A stretch of DNA of 63,978 nt, the filler included, from Licmophora abbreviata (taxonomy: Eukaryota), in assembly GCA_900291995.1 (NCBI GenBank). It is 10 parts of 10 records of this genome, joined end to end, with 100 filler letters (N's around TTAATTAATTAA, not from the genome) between each part and the next. Parts side by side here need not be neighbours in the genome. Positions count along the whole stretch, not along the records: positions 1 to 14,254 come from OLMU01005257.1; positions 14,355 to 30,649 come from OLMU01005259.1; 8 more parts are not named here. One strand, written 5' to 3'. A model generated the notes under the pieces. The model saw nothing but the letters and a program-made list of their open reading frames with translations. It made no database searches and was not told the DNA's origin. A program made the position numbers and the translations under genes. This document shows, one piece after another, positions 13,616 through 25,900 of the stretch. The stretch's first letter is position 1, and the number at the start of each line of letters is the position of its first letter.

Positions 13616-14254
13616 ATGTCGCATTCGAACGACAAAGAAGAACCGCCCCCAAAAGTGAACGACGGCACCGTGCGTCCTTCCCTTTCGATACGCTTGGTCC
13701 GACACGCCGAATCTCAAAACAATCAAGTGTATCGCGATGCTCGCAAGCTCTTTCGTGGTGGTACTCCTGACTTTGACGAGGCGGGATGGAATCACTACGT
13801 CGACACCAATCGACGCGCAGATCCAGGATTGAGTGACATTGGGAACGTACAATCGCACCGGTTGCGGGATTTTCTCGTCCCGCACCTCACAAACCAAGCC
13901 TCTCATCCAGTACGCTTCATTGTCAGTCCGATGCGTCGGACGCTCGAGACGATCCGGCCGACTCTGGAGGGACTGGAACAGGAAAGTGCCACGGCGGCGA
14001 CGCGCAAGGCCAAGGTGATTGTCCACGGATTTTATCACGAATCGGAAGGATGTCATCTTCGGGACAAGCCGGAGGAAGGCATGAATCCGACGGAAATTTC
14101 GGATATGCTGCAAGAATCTGGCGTGTCGATGGATGTCTCCTATGATGGCTTTCCGGATCCCACGCGCGGCTGGTATGCCAACGGGACGGGCGCCGAAACA
14201 CGTGCAGCGTCCGAGGCCCGGGCTGCCAAGTTTTACATTTGGCTCTGCGAACAT
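13616..14254 (+). CDS. Histidine phosphatase / phosphoglycerate mutase family protein, truncated by a gap
   Basis: LVRHAESQNN (RHG-like catalytic motif), DPGLSDIGNVQ and VSPMRRTLET. Confidence 0.85.
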
Positions 14255-14354
14255 NNNNNNNNNNNNNNNNNNNNNNNNNNNNNNNNNNNNNNNNNNNNTT
14301 AATTAATTAANNNNNNNNNNNNNNNNNNNNNNNNNNNNNNNNNNNNNNNNNNNN
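14255..14354. other. Assembly gap linker (N-run/TTAATTAATTAA/N-run). Identical linkers at about 30650-30749, 38165-38264, 45777-45876, 47739-47838, 51868-51967, 58882-58981, 60758-60857, 62822-62921
   Basis: 100-nt N blocks with a central 12-mer that gives stops in all six frames; an artificial spacer. Confidence 0.98.
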
Positions 14355-16385
14355 GAGGGAAAGGCGCTCCATCTTTTTGAATTTCGGAAGGTGTACCATA
14401 CCTAGATCGGAAAGGTCTGTATCCGCTAGATCAAGTGAGGTGAGATTCGGGACGACTTCACCGTCGGCGAGATGAGCAATTGCCCAATCGCCAACCGGAC
14501 AAGAATCCAGATTTAGTTCTTGAAGTGCGGGTAGATTGACTAAACGAGACAAATGAACATCTCGAACACCAGAGTAGCATAGCTCGAGAGACTTGAGGGA
14601 ATCAATCTTCCCTTGCCAGGAGTTGCGCCTACAAGAAAGAACGTGAGCAATACAGGAGATCAACGATGAGTCGCGAGCAGCGACAGTTGGCATCGGTAGT
14701 CTGCTTGCAGGCTAGTGTAATTACTTACAATATTCCAGGACAGTAGGAAGAATCTAATGTCGTCAAGTGACGGAGCTGTGCAAGCGTTTCACCGAGTTTC
14801 CCGCTACCAATACTTGAACAGCCATTCAGGTCCAGCTCCTCTAGAGCGGTTAGTCGGCCAATGTGCGGAACCCCCTCGTCCGTAATGGGGCACCTTGCCA
14901 GTCGCAATATCCTTAGCATAGAAGATCGACCCGGCTGCTGTGTCAGTGTCTCAAGACCACGATCCGTGATGGAACGACACCAGCCGAGAGACAATTCTTC
15001 AAGAAATTCGAGCCCATGAAGATGATCGAGGCCTCCGTTAGTCAGGAGATCACACTGAGACATGTCAAGCTTCCGAACCTTAAAAAGGTTCGACATGGCA
15101 ACAAGAGACCGATCTGTGAGGCAGCGACAGCCATCAAGGGCCAGTGCTTCGATCGAAGAGAGATGGGAGATATTGATAATGCCTTCATCCGTGAGGCGTC
15201 GACAATTGACGAGGGAGAGGGTGTGGAGGCGATGAGAGGCCTCAAAGGCTATCATCCCCCGACCGACCAGGGAGTGGCAACTGTCCAGTTTGACAACTTC
15301 AAGTGAGCTTAGATCGCTCAGTTGCATCAGTCCTCTGTCGGTTAGATTTTGCGATCCACGTAGATCGAGGAGAGTTAACGACGATGCGATCGGTGAGTAT
15401 GTCAGGTTCGGAATATCACCGCTGTGCATGGTAAAGTCGGTAGGAACCATAGGGGGTGACTTGGATGGTGGTATAGCAAACGGTTTTGTGTCCTCCAGTA
15501 CTGGCCCAGTATGAGCCGGTCCTGGCTCAAATGGACTCGAAGACGCCGACACAAAGGACGACGTTGAGCACGACGAAGATGAGGCTTCATGGTAGGTGAA
15601 AGCAGCCACGTCTGCACTTCGAGTTGCTACTTTTCCAACGTCATCCAGATCCATGGGTTCCATCTCATCGTAGGACGGAGAAAGGTTGGATAGTCGAGGG
15701 GAAGAGGTGGTGCTGCGGGTACTTAGTGGCTCGAGCCAGTCATCGGTCACTCCTCGACAGCCTGCAAGTGACAAAGTTCCGATCTCACAGTTTCGGAGAA
15801 TACGAAGCGTTGTGGCGTTGAGAGCTGCATGCTGCATCAGCGACTTGACAATAGCATCAACCACATCCTGCGGAAGGCCTGGAGGAAGATCCCCGTCAAG
15901 ATACGGAAGCGAACGGCATAGAGAGTTGACGCTGAGATCGACAAGACTCTTAGGTGAGCGACTCTGATCGTCGTTCATTACGTAGTTGTCTTGGACTGGA
16001 TAGAGGTTCTGAATTGACCCATTTGGAACCTATTTCAGGAGACAGAGAAAAGGGTGCGACAACAGAGATCAGAACAAGAATTCTTGTCATCGACGACTGA
16101 ATGAATTCGAAATGAAGCACATCATCTTACGTACCTCGGAGACAACCGAGTGTCGTACTGTCCTGGGAAGCTGCTTCATCGAGCGACTATGATTTGACCC
16201 TCTTCGTCCCTAAATGTTGAAGCGATATCAGCACGATCAAAGCAAAAGATCAGTCGAAGAACGAAGTGATCTATGATACAAAATTCACCGGAAAGTTTAA
16301 GGAAAACGAGACGTTTACTCACATTTGTGTCAGACTGATGATACCAAGATCCTCTCTGCCTCTGTGCGGAGCATCCTCCTCCCAT
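14355..16385 (-). CDS. Leucine-rich repeat protein (AMN1/FBXL14-like LRRs) with an N-terminal MGGGCS acylation motif. Exons 16385-16323, 16209-16135, 16029-14729, 14628-gap
   Basis: Many LxxLxLxxCxxITDxG repeats. The hand-spliced upstream exons are in frame with GT-AG boundaries and give the start MGGGCSAQR. Confidence 0.8.
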
Positions 16386-16999
16386 GTTGCTCATTGAAGA
16401 TCCTTCTGCTGACAAGCTAGACTCGTGCCTGGAGCGAAGACGTCCCCGTCGACAGATATAGTGCGTTCGGTCTCTGTTTGTTCTGTTCTGATGAGATGTG
16501 TTGAATTCGCACGTTTTTCTTGATCCTTCCCGCAAAAAGGATGTGTTGACACAAAAGAACCCGGAGGCAGCAAGTATTCAGGCCCAATGCGAGTTATTTA
16601 GCGAAGTGGAGGTTCACGCCAAGTTTGCGGTCTGTCTATCGTCCTCGTATCCCCTAGACGTAACTTACTTTCTTACCTTCGCGCTGGTGTAATGTACTTG
16701 GGTTCAACGAGTATGTACGTGCTTGCTTCAATGCACGTACTTTTACTCACCCAGCTAGTCTCCGATTGCTCGTCCTTCATTGTAAGTTAGTCATCCATCC
16801 ATTGCGTGGGGCGCAACATTGAATAGCACTAGCTATCACCAGACATCACTTTGCAGGAGTCGGCTTTAAGCACTGTCGCACCCAGTCACATGGCAAACCG
16901 AACGATAACGAGGGGTAACCTACCTGTCACTTTTCACCTACCGTTGTTACCTACCCTTCTATATTTTCGTAGGACAACACTAGCAATAACTCATCATCG

Positions 17000-17746
17000 T
17001 CACCGCGGTCCATATTGACCCGCCGCACCGTAGCCTGGCGGCGGTCCTGGAGGGGGTCCGCCAGGTCCTCGACCAAATCCGCCTCTTCCACCACCACCGC
17101 CGCCTCCGAATCCCCGTCCTCGACCAAACCCACCTCGACCTCCGAATCCGCCCCTACTTCCACCGAACCCACCTCGTCCACGACGTTCATTGGCTTTTCG
17201 CAAAATTGCAGCTGCCTGTCCCACTGCTGCGCCTACACCCTCCGGGGGGGCACCACTGTGCTTCCTCCAGTGCTTTATTCTGGTATGATCAGAGAGAGAA
17301 CCGCAATAAGAGACAAGGTCAAGGTGAGCAACACTACGCAGCACTCACCTCCAGAGAGAATGACACAGTTCAGAGCTGACCAAGGCAGTAGCACACAACC
17401 AAATGATCCACAGTGGTCATAGCACACAATCCATATCCTCTCCTAGAGACCTGCCCTCGTATCGCAAAACTTACCGTTGAAACATAGGAGCGTGTTTTAA
17501 CATGTCAGGAAGAAGGATAAAAACAATTTCAGGCCCTCTCAAATAGACCTGATTTGTCTTGCGCTTCACACCGTTTACGTCCGTCACGACAGCATTCTTG
17601 ATGTACAAATTCATCATATCTTCGGCCTCAAAGAGTAGTCCGCGAATCAACTCGCCCTTTTTGGTTTCGACCGTAATGACGGAACCTTCAGCGTCGTGGA
17701 GTAGCACAATTGGAATGCCGACGCGATTGTTTCCGACAACCGACAT
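17000..17746 (-). CDS. SNRPD3: Small nuclear ribonucleoprotein Sm D3. Exons 17746-17475 and 17279-17000
   Basis: GIPIVLLHDAEGSVITVETKKGELIRGLLFEAEDMMN..VYLRG..ILLPDMLKHAPMF plus an RG/RGG-rich tail; intron 17474-17280. Confidence 0.95.
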
Positions 17747-18128
17747 GGCTATTTATTTTACCACAGTGTATCAGGGGGTTGTGAGGAGTAAAAGCTGAAG
17801 TAAAACTTGAGAGGGTCACGGCGTTGTCCGATCTCGCCATTGCCGCCGATTGTCGATGCGATTATTGCTTGCCCATTTCGAGGGGAGCGAACCACATTCG
17901 TGCGGCCGTCGTTGCCGCCACGTATGTTATGGTAGCAGTTCTACGCGATAACGAAAACGATAGCTATTTTTCTCGTAGCTCGGTGAGCTGCGAGACAACG
18001 CCAAATTTGCGAGGGTCCTCATTGATTGCATTGTGCTCATCATCATAATCTACTTTTCTACATCCGTTTCATTGATAGTTTGGACTTACTGCTGTACTTG
18101 ACGAAAAGACGAAAACCTAGTAGAAAAG

Positions 18129-18521
18129 ATGAGATTAATCGCGTCTATCCTGCCACGGTATCATCGGCTACTGACCGCGCGACGGCTTCTTGGAATCGCC
18201 TCAAGCCGTCGTTGTCTGGCATCGGATGAATCCTCCCAACCCAGCAGCACCAGCAAAGCACCAGAATGGCGTCAGCATCAACTGAACAAGCTTCAGTCCA
18301 AATTTGAGGAGCCTCTCCAAATTTCCAGTGACGAGGAACTCCAGCCCATGTGGAAGGAAATGGAGAGTCGTGTGACTCGACGGCGGTCTCTCACGCTCGA
18401 GCAGCGAGGGGGGAAGAGCGGACGAGCTAACATTCGGAAGACAGATGAAGAGGCATGGCTACAGGCGGGATTGTATGATGAAGGTAGAAAAGAAACAGAT
18501 GAGGAGAGCACAGAAAAGTAG
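18129..18521 (+). CDS. Small hypothetical protein with a mitochondrial-type presequence
   Basis: Arg/Leu/Ser-rich, acid-free N-terminus followed by a globular-looking part (LQPMWKEMESRVTRRR..GRANIRKTDEEAWLQAGLY). Divergent from SmD3. Confidence 0.6.
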   Translation: MRLIASILPRYHRLLTARRLLGIASSRRCLASDESSQPSSTSKAPEWRQHQLNKLQSKFEEPLQISSDEELQPMWKEMESRVTRRRSLTLEQRGGKSGRANIRKTDEEAWLQAGLYDEGRKETDEESTEK

Positions 18522-19787
18522 AAAATGGAGGAAAAATATCGAGAGATGGAATGCGAAAGGTGACCGTAGATGTGCATCGGATGCTCATGTTGCTAGTCAA
18601 CTTTCTGGACGGGGAAGCTCATTTGCTATGAAAAGATGCCAGGGCCGAGACTCTCGTCCCTTTTACAGAGGTGAGCACAAAATTCGATGCAGCATCATGA
18701 GGAAAGTGAACGCAATGCAGCAATCGTCCAGATCCCGTGATCCTTGCCGCAGCGGTCTTTCCCAGATAAGAGCTTGCAGGCGTTTTCGACCGCGCGAGCC
18801 CTTGTTTTACCTGGTCCGATCCAGCCAAACCGAGACCTAGACAGTTACAGGGCGTACATTTTGTTGAATTCCGTAGGGTGGCCAGAGGAGAAGGGTCCTT
18901 AAACGTACGAAAGAATGACTCGCCTCACGTTGCCTTTCCTGTATACTTTATGCTTGCAGGCTGACGAATAATGCGTCGTTTCAATGCGTTCGATTTCCAT
19001 TAGGTGTAACTTTTGACGATACCGCACTGAAGGGCGTCTTCACTTTCATGCTCCGTAGCTCACGCAGCAGCTCCCATGTTTATCTGTCTACCACACGGTA
19101 CATAACATTTCAGTACACAAAAGCTCATGTTTATCCTTGCCGCTTATGTCGCTGACTCGCTCCGTCTCCAGCACCCATCTTGTACTTGCTCTCGTCGCGA
19201 TATCCAAACTTCCTTTTAAGTTGCAAGCGCTGGGGGTGACGAAACAGGCGATACGAGCAATTAGTGCGAGAAAGCTTCGTCAGTCGCGCGTCATATTCAG
19301 GGCAATCGCAGCGACTTTCTCTTTTTTTCGTGACATACCTTTTGACTGTACCATCGTCGGGTTCTTACGGGGATGTTTCCTTGGCCATACGTAAGCCACC
19401 GCACGAGCAGGAGCGTGACAATAATGATCAGCGGCAACCAGGACCCTTGCCCTGATGGATCGTCCAGATCTTTCTCCATTGTATCGAATCGCAGGCGAAA
19501 TTCTCAGCTGCCGGAATGCAATCGACAATTTGACAGAGCGAGAACCCTGAACGCCGACATGTATGGCTCTGAGCAACGAGAGATGATGTGTCTTATCCTC
19601 ATGGCTCAACGAGCAATATGCTCGCGTCGCACCTCAAAAACTCAATTCTGCTGATGATCCATCCAAAACCGATAATTTCTGGAAAATTTGACATTTTTAA
19701 CGATAGGAACAAAATCGAACACACACGAAAGGTTTTGCGGAAGATTTCAGGCGAGGTGGAGTTCATAAACTCGTCACAGTGTCGACC

Positions 19788-21110
19788 ATGGCGTCATCGG
19801 TAGGCGATGACAGCACACCGGCCGCCGGCCCAGCAGACCGTGCTGCACTTTGGATCACTTACATCAATATTGCGTTATACGCGCTATGCTATCAGCTCCA
19901 GCGCCCTGTCGAACCTTTTTTGATTGAATCGCTCTCTGCCAAGAATGGCAATTCGGACTCTGTCTCGAAAACGTACGGAGAACTGCAGTCGTTCTTTTCG
20001 ACCATTCAAACCGTCGGATCGCCGCTCGTGGGGATCTTGTTAGATAGGGTGGGCATTCGAATCGCGTCTGCGGCAGTTTTTCTGGCGTCAGCCGCCTCGT
20101 ACGCCATACTGGCGAATGCCAACGACTTGAACCTCTTGTTTTGGAGCAAGGTACCGACCGCCCTGCAACATGCCTTTTTGGTAGCACAAGCGACGGCTGC
20201 CTCGTCGACAGGTGGGAATGCGGCGGCTCGTGCACAAGCTTTAGGACGCATGACCACTGCGTATACAGTAGGAGCAACGGTTGGGCCTGCGCTCGGTGGG
20301 TTCTTGGTCGACTCTTTGGGTGACTTGTATCTCGGCGCCAAGCTGGCGGTCGTTGGAAGCCTGATTTCGGTGGCGTTGTCTCTGTTTTTCTTACCAGCTA
20401 AGCAGACCAATTCATTGGATTCTGCTTCTTCTTCCCAACACTCTAAGCGCACGTTTCTTGAAGAGCTGCGCCATGCAGGAATGATTGCCCTGCGCTCCAA
20501 CTTGTGGCCGCTCATGGTCGTCAAAGTGGTTGGTGGCGTGGTCGCGTCGATGCACTCGACGGCACTGCCGCTGGTACTTACTCAACGCCTTAACTTCGAA
20601 GCATCTCAGCTGGGATTGTCCATGTCCTCGAGCATGTTTGCGGTAGCGGCCTTTGGCGCCATCGGCATGGCACCCTTGACCTCCTGGCTGGGCGCAGCCG
20701 GCATGGCCAAATCTGGGCTATTTTCTCGTGCCATAATGGCAACAGTGTTGGCGACGGTCGTATCGATAACAACTGGCAATGACGGGTACAGCGTCGCTCA
20801 TATAGTAGGAGCATCGGTGCTACATGCCTTGGCGTCCCATGCACTCGCCACGGGCCTCACCACGCAAACAACCGGTGCGGTTGACAAGTCGGAACAAGGA
20901 GCTCTGTTAGGTCTCGAACACGGATTGTTTAGCATGGCTCGTATTGGGGGGCCTCCCATGGGCACCTTTTTGCTGTCGACCAGCATGGGCTTCTGGTCGG
21001 TGGCGGCATCCTGTGGCGCGATCGATCTGGCCCTTGTGGCTGTGCTCTTGACAACGGCGTACAAAACGATGCCCAAACAGCAAGGAAAAGAAGATATTCA
21101 CTCAGACTAG
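19788..21110 (+). CDS. MFS transporter (SLC22A18/TetA-like)
   Basis: About 11-12 hydrophobic segments, a motif A-like GILLDRVGIR and GATVGPALGG. Confidence 0.85.
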   Translation: MASSVGDDSTPAAGPADRAALWITYINIALYALCYQLQRPVEPFLIESLSAKNGNSDSVSKTYGELQSFFSTIQTVGSPLVGILLDRVGIRIASAAVFLASAASYAILANANDLNLLFWSKVPTALQHAFLVAQATAASSTGGNAAARAQALGRMTTAYTVGATVGPALGGFLVDSLGDLYLGAKLAVVGSLISVALSLFFLPAKQTNSLDSASSSQHSKRTFLEELRHAGMIALRSNLWPLMVVKVVGGVVASMHSTALPLVLTQRLNFEASQLGLSMSSSMFAVAAFGAIGMAPLTSWLGAAGMAKSGLFSRAIMATVLATVVSITTGNDGYSVAHIVGASVLHALASHALATGLTTQTTGAVDKSEQGALLGLEHGLFSMARIGGPPMGTFLLSTSMGFWSVAASCGAIDLALVAVLLTTAYKTMPKQQGKEDIHSD

Positions 21111-21156
21111 CTTGACAACCTAGAGTTTGTATTTTCACTCAAAAAGTCATGCATTC

Positions 21157-22585
21157 CTATCGACGCCCTCTTCGGCCCTTTTTGGAGGGCTTTCTTCCAC
21201 CGCCCGATGAGGCACCGAGCCTCTTGAGAGCATCCATTGCCATCTTGTCAACGACTGGTTTCACGTCCACATAGTAACCAACGCCTTTTTCACCATTTCG
21301 GAATACGTAGTCCTTCTTCGATCCAGCAAACTTTTTCGATTCGATGAACGCGGCATCCGGCTCAGCGGGAGTCTCAGATGTTCGTGCCTTCTTAACGTTC
21401 ACAGTCTTCGCCACCTCTGCACTTTTTCCCACGACACTGTCCGTTACACTTTTCTCAGATACACTTTTGCTACGCTTCATTCCCTTTTTGTTCGTCGGCT
21501 TACTCTTTGTTTCGTCCTTCCCGGAATCCTCCTCCAACTTCTTTTGCTTCTTCAACGCTTGCACGAGTGGGCTTTTGGCCGCTGCCAGCTTTTTTTGTCT
21601 CTTCATGAGTTCCACCTTCTTTTGCAATTCTTCTTCCTCCTCCTCTGCTTTCAGCTCTTGGTTGGTATCAAGCCCCGCCAGCTTGGCAATCTCGACAAGT
21701 TCTTCAGGTGTCTTGCTGTAGATTGGAAGGGACATGCTCGAGGGCGTCTTGATGGCGATGGATCGAATATTGGCCCACTTGCGTGGGATCCTTGGGGAAG
21801 CATTCCGAATGACCGCTTGAATGTTCTCCACTAGCTTTTTGGTAGGCATACCCGTCGTTCCAGCACTAGAGAGAGAAGAAGGTGAAAAACAAGCGTGAGG
21901 GGCGATGGACTGTGGACTAACAGAGCTTCGAAAGAATTTCAAAATAAACGCACCGAACAGTCAGACAGGTCCCGGCAGGAATGTATAAGAACGTCGACTG
22001 GAGTGCCTTTACAACACTAAAGGGCAGCGCCTCCTTTCGAGTCACGACTATTGGTATGGGTTGCTTCTTGACATGAAAGAACTCCTTGCCTAGAGCCTTG
22101 GTTAGCATGGGAAGGATACGATCGTCCGCCATGAAGACATCGTATCGACGCACGAGCTCGCGGCGCTGTTGAAATCGAGCATGCTTCTTCCGCAGCGACT
22201 GGAGACCCAGGACCTTCTTGACAAACTTGAGTTGTTCAGGGAAATGCTCAATAAGTTCCTTCACCCAAGGTTTCGATTCTTCCTTGACAATGAGACAGAC
22301 GGATGGCTCTTCGAGCCCTTCATCGGCACTTTCTTCCGAAAGTTTGTAGAGTGCATGGGGGATTTCCACACGAATCGGTTTAGGAGAGGGGTGTTCTGGC
22401 ACCAACTCCAAACCAAACTGCACTTGGATGGCCAGGTCGTCGCCCAAGAGCGATGGATTCGACTTGGCGTCTTGGACCGACTGGTGGTGCTTGAGCAAGG
22501 CATCAGTTGCTCTCTGGACCAGCGCCGACTCCACTGTAGTCTTCCCGGCACTTCCCTTCCTATTCTGCTTGATTTGAGCGGGCAT
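21157..22585 (-). CDS. RSL1D1: Ribosomal L1 domain-containing nucleolar protein (RSL1D1/Cic1/Utp30). Exons 22585-21954 and 21865-21157
   Basis: VCLIVKE, YDVFMADDRILPMLTKALGKEFFHVKKQPIPI and LVENI..WANIRSIAIKTPSSMSLPIY, with a Lys-rich tail. Confidence 0.88.
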
Positions 22586-22963
22586 GGTTTCCTTTTTTAC
22601 ACCCACAGATGCTTCCAGAAGGACGTCGTGTCGGTTTTGTCGCCGGTCAAAGACAAATGGCGCCAAAAGAAAAGTGTGTGTGCGAGAGCAGAACTTTCGT
22701 GGTTGTGTGGTGGCACAAATTTCAGAGCGCATAACCTATTCAAGAAATGGAATCTGGAATCTGAAGAAATAGACTGTTCGCCACGTACTAGGTTTGTGTT
22801 CTCGCGGCTGCGTCGTCGCGACGCGTCGTGTCGGACAATGATGATCGCGACGCATACCACCGGATGGACGGTTCAAGGAGAGTGTGAACTGTAACAATCG
22901 AAAACTCGAGATCAATTTCTACAGAGATTGACTGCAGACACGTCAGGGTAGAGAAACGAAAGG

Positions 22964-25900
22964 ATGGACCGAACTTTGACGGAAACTCCACTCGTGTATC
23001 CGAGCTACCCAGTGCCAGTCGGCAAACGCTACATCGTCAACGATGTAGAGGGAACCGTGTCGTCCGTATCGTCTTGGAGCCGCGACGCTGCATTATTTTA
23101 TTACGGTGGATCTGATCAGCTGCTGGGATCGGCGAGTATTTCGGAACTTTCGAATCAAATGACGGTGACGACATGCGCCTTGCCGGTGGATCCGAAGATC
23201 CTCTCTGTAACGCTGACCCAAAATCAGAGGGTGCATGATCGCATCGAGCTAGATCTGGGACAGGCTGGCTTGTATGGACTTCACGGGGTTCCCACTGTCA
23301 AGGTTCAGTGTTGTTCCGATAGATTGGTATTTGTGGATGCACGAGGACTCGTCCTTGTTGTTAACCTACACATTGATACCAATATGCATTTCAATCTGAA
23401 TTCGTGCTGCGTCATCTCAATCCCTGAGCTCCTGCAAGACGAGTACATCGGAGCGGAAATATCATCGTCCATGGTGGCATTTCCTTCCTCGCGCTATGTT
23501 CTTGTCGCTATGTCTCCGTTTCTCGTCATGGTAGACCTGAAAGAGCAAGATATCGAAATGTGGAGTCAGACACAGACTCTACAAGATATGAAGTCTCGCA
23601 CAGGCGGAATACTGGCGAAGGCAAGTGATTTGATCCTTGGTCGGAGCGCGGACGCGATGGATGAAGATGTCCTCGACATGCCTCCGATATCTGCGCTCTG
23701 CTTGGCCAAGGAACAAGACTCATCCTGCTACATCTTCACGTTGCACTCGAACGCTACTCTGAGACGATGGCGACTGGACGCCCAGGAGACGACTCCGAGC
23801 GAAGTCGTTCTCTTGACTCTTCCCATCGACCGTACGCTCCCACCATCCTCCCAATGGAGCGAAACGTCCTCTGCAGTGGCGCTGACGGCGCGAGTCTATG
23901 CCGATTCAGTATGTGCTGTGGCCATTTACATCAAAACATCTTCGGATCAAGACGACAATACCTTGACAGCCCTATTGACCTCTGCGACCGTTCGGCCAGA
24001 AGACGCAGACTCCACGAGATCTCTGGAAGTGCCAGAAGACATGGCCTCGCTGGTGGGAATGGAGTTCTCCTCGTCTACTCGTTGCAGCTTGACGGCCCTA
24101 ATGAAGACCGACGACGACACTGTTGCATTTGTGTATTATCCACCGAGCTATCTCTCTATGGTCAGTGCGGAACCGACAGTGACAAGATCGACTTTTGATC
24201 GACTGGCGCAGTCGGAACAAGAACGCATCTGGAAGCTTTCCTTTCCGATCTCGCCCGCAACTGATTTTGATGAAGAGATGCATCGCATGGACAAGTTCTA
24301 CATGCAACGATTGTTCCGTCCTTTGTATCCACGTGGTGACGGGACCGTCACGGCGCCTCTAGCTGAGACGGTTCGCGCAGCGCTCGTCAAAATCGTCCCA
24401 GATCCTCGTCGTCACGAGAGGATCGAAGAGGGCTGCAGTCTTGAGCTGGAAACGCTGCTGGCCATTCAGGATTGGCGACGCAAGGAACATCATCAAGGAT
24501 CAACGCCGACTCGTCGTCGCAGAGAAGATAGCGCTACCAGCTGGACGCCCACATCGATCTACGACTCGTACGTCGCTCGGTCAGATGAAGATGCAGATTA
24601 TATGGACGATGAAGTGTCAGAGGCACAAAACCTGGAGGAAGAATCCAGAATCGCACAGCTACAACGACACGAAAAACGTTGGCAGAAGCTACTGACGGCG
24701 GTCTTCGAGCAAGAGCAACGAAATCGCACACCGCTGGGGTGGTCGGGTGGCATTATTTTGCGCGCTGGAGTGACGTCAAGCTTGCAAGAAACAAGAGAAG
24801 CGGATCAAGAATCGACTACATGGGATATTCTCGATGATGCCGCTTTTCGCGTGTTACATATCGTACAACAGAATCCGGACCTTTCCAGCCGCCTCCTCAC
24901 GCTGGAGGCGAAGCTATCTGAGATTGTGGCGCATGCGACTCTGGCACTGGGAATGCCGTCAGCGGGCTTAGAAATGAGAAACGAGCTGGATGCGATTAGC
25001 TCCTCGGCTGCACAGGAAGACTTGTTGAACCTACCGACACTTGTGGAGTCGACGAAGGGAGTATCCAATGACGATTTACTTTCGTGGCTGGAAGATGGTC
25101 TTCAGTCTTCAGTCTATCGCAACCTTCCTGGCGTACAATCTATATCTCTGGAGTGTTCCAATCGAGCTGCTCAAATCTCACGGACGACTGCGATGGCCGA
25201 TTGCCAGACACGTCACGCGGCGTGCTCTCTTTATATCCAGTGTGCCGATTCGCTTCGCCAGTTACGACTTGGCAGGTGCCTGCTCCTGCTAAGTCTCAAA
25301 GAATCTCAGAATGTGGCAACAGTAGCGTTTCGGGAATACCTACTGACTCTCGCTGTCCTTTGGACATCCGCTCAGATGGTGCCATTGCCAACGACAGGGA
25401 TGCATGCCACTGAACGTGTAGAGATTCGAATCGGCGGTCTCAATACCTCTCCCTCTCCTCGTCCCAAGAAGCGGCTCAGTTTCAGTCACGGCACGGAAAG
25501 TATCCTTCAGTCAGACGCAAAGTTGAACATGACGACTGCTCTTGATGTCCGCATGATTCGGCTTTCGCAAGAGATGGAAGACATGCCGAGTGCTGCTGAT
25601 CTAGCCAGTGCGGCATACACGTCCACCTTTCTGGTTTCAAGATCACCCCAGAGCATACCTGAAGGTTTCTCGGGTCTACTTCCAGAGCTCGGGTTGCTGC
25701 CTATTCCTTCGGACAGGTCCGTCACCAGTGACTTTCCACGACTGGCCCTTCGATTGATGAGTCCATTTCTGGCTTTTCCTCCCACGAACGACAGCGTGCA
25801 TACCACTTTCGCGAGGAAGGAAGCCATTGCAGAATGCCTGCTTATCGAGGCGAATGCGGTCGCTCAGATAGAATCTCTCTCCGAATCAGAATGTGACGTA

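Noticed and set aside
14299..14310. TTAATTAATTAA recurring nine times as a possible biological repeat
   Set aside because: Always centred in N-runs; it is an artificial six-frame-stop linker.
18840..19780. Short ORFs (e.g. 19137-19394 +, 19297-19479 -) as genes
   Set aside because: No recognisable motif and no consistent splice model; left unannotated.
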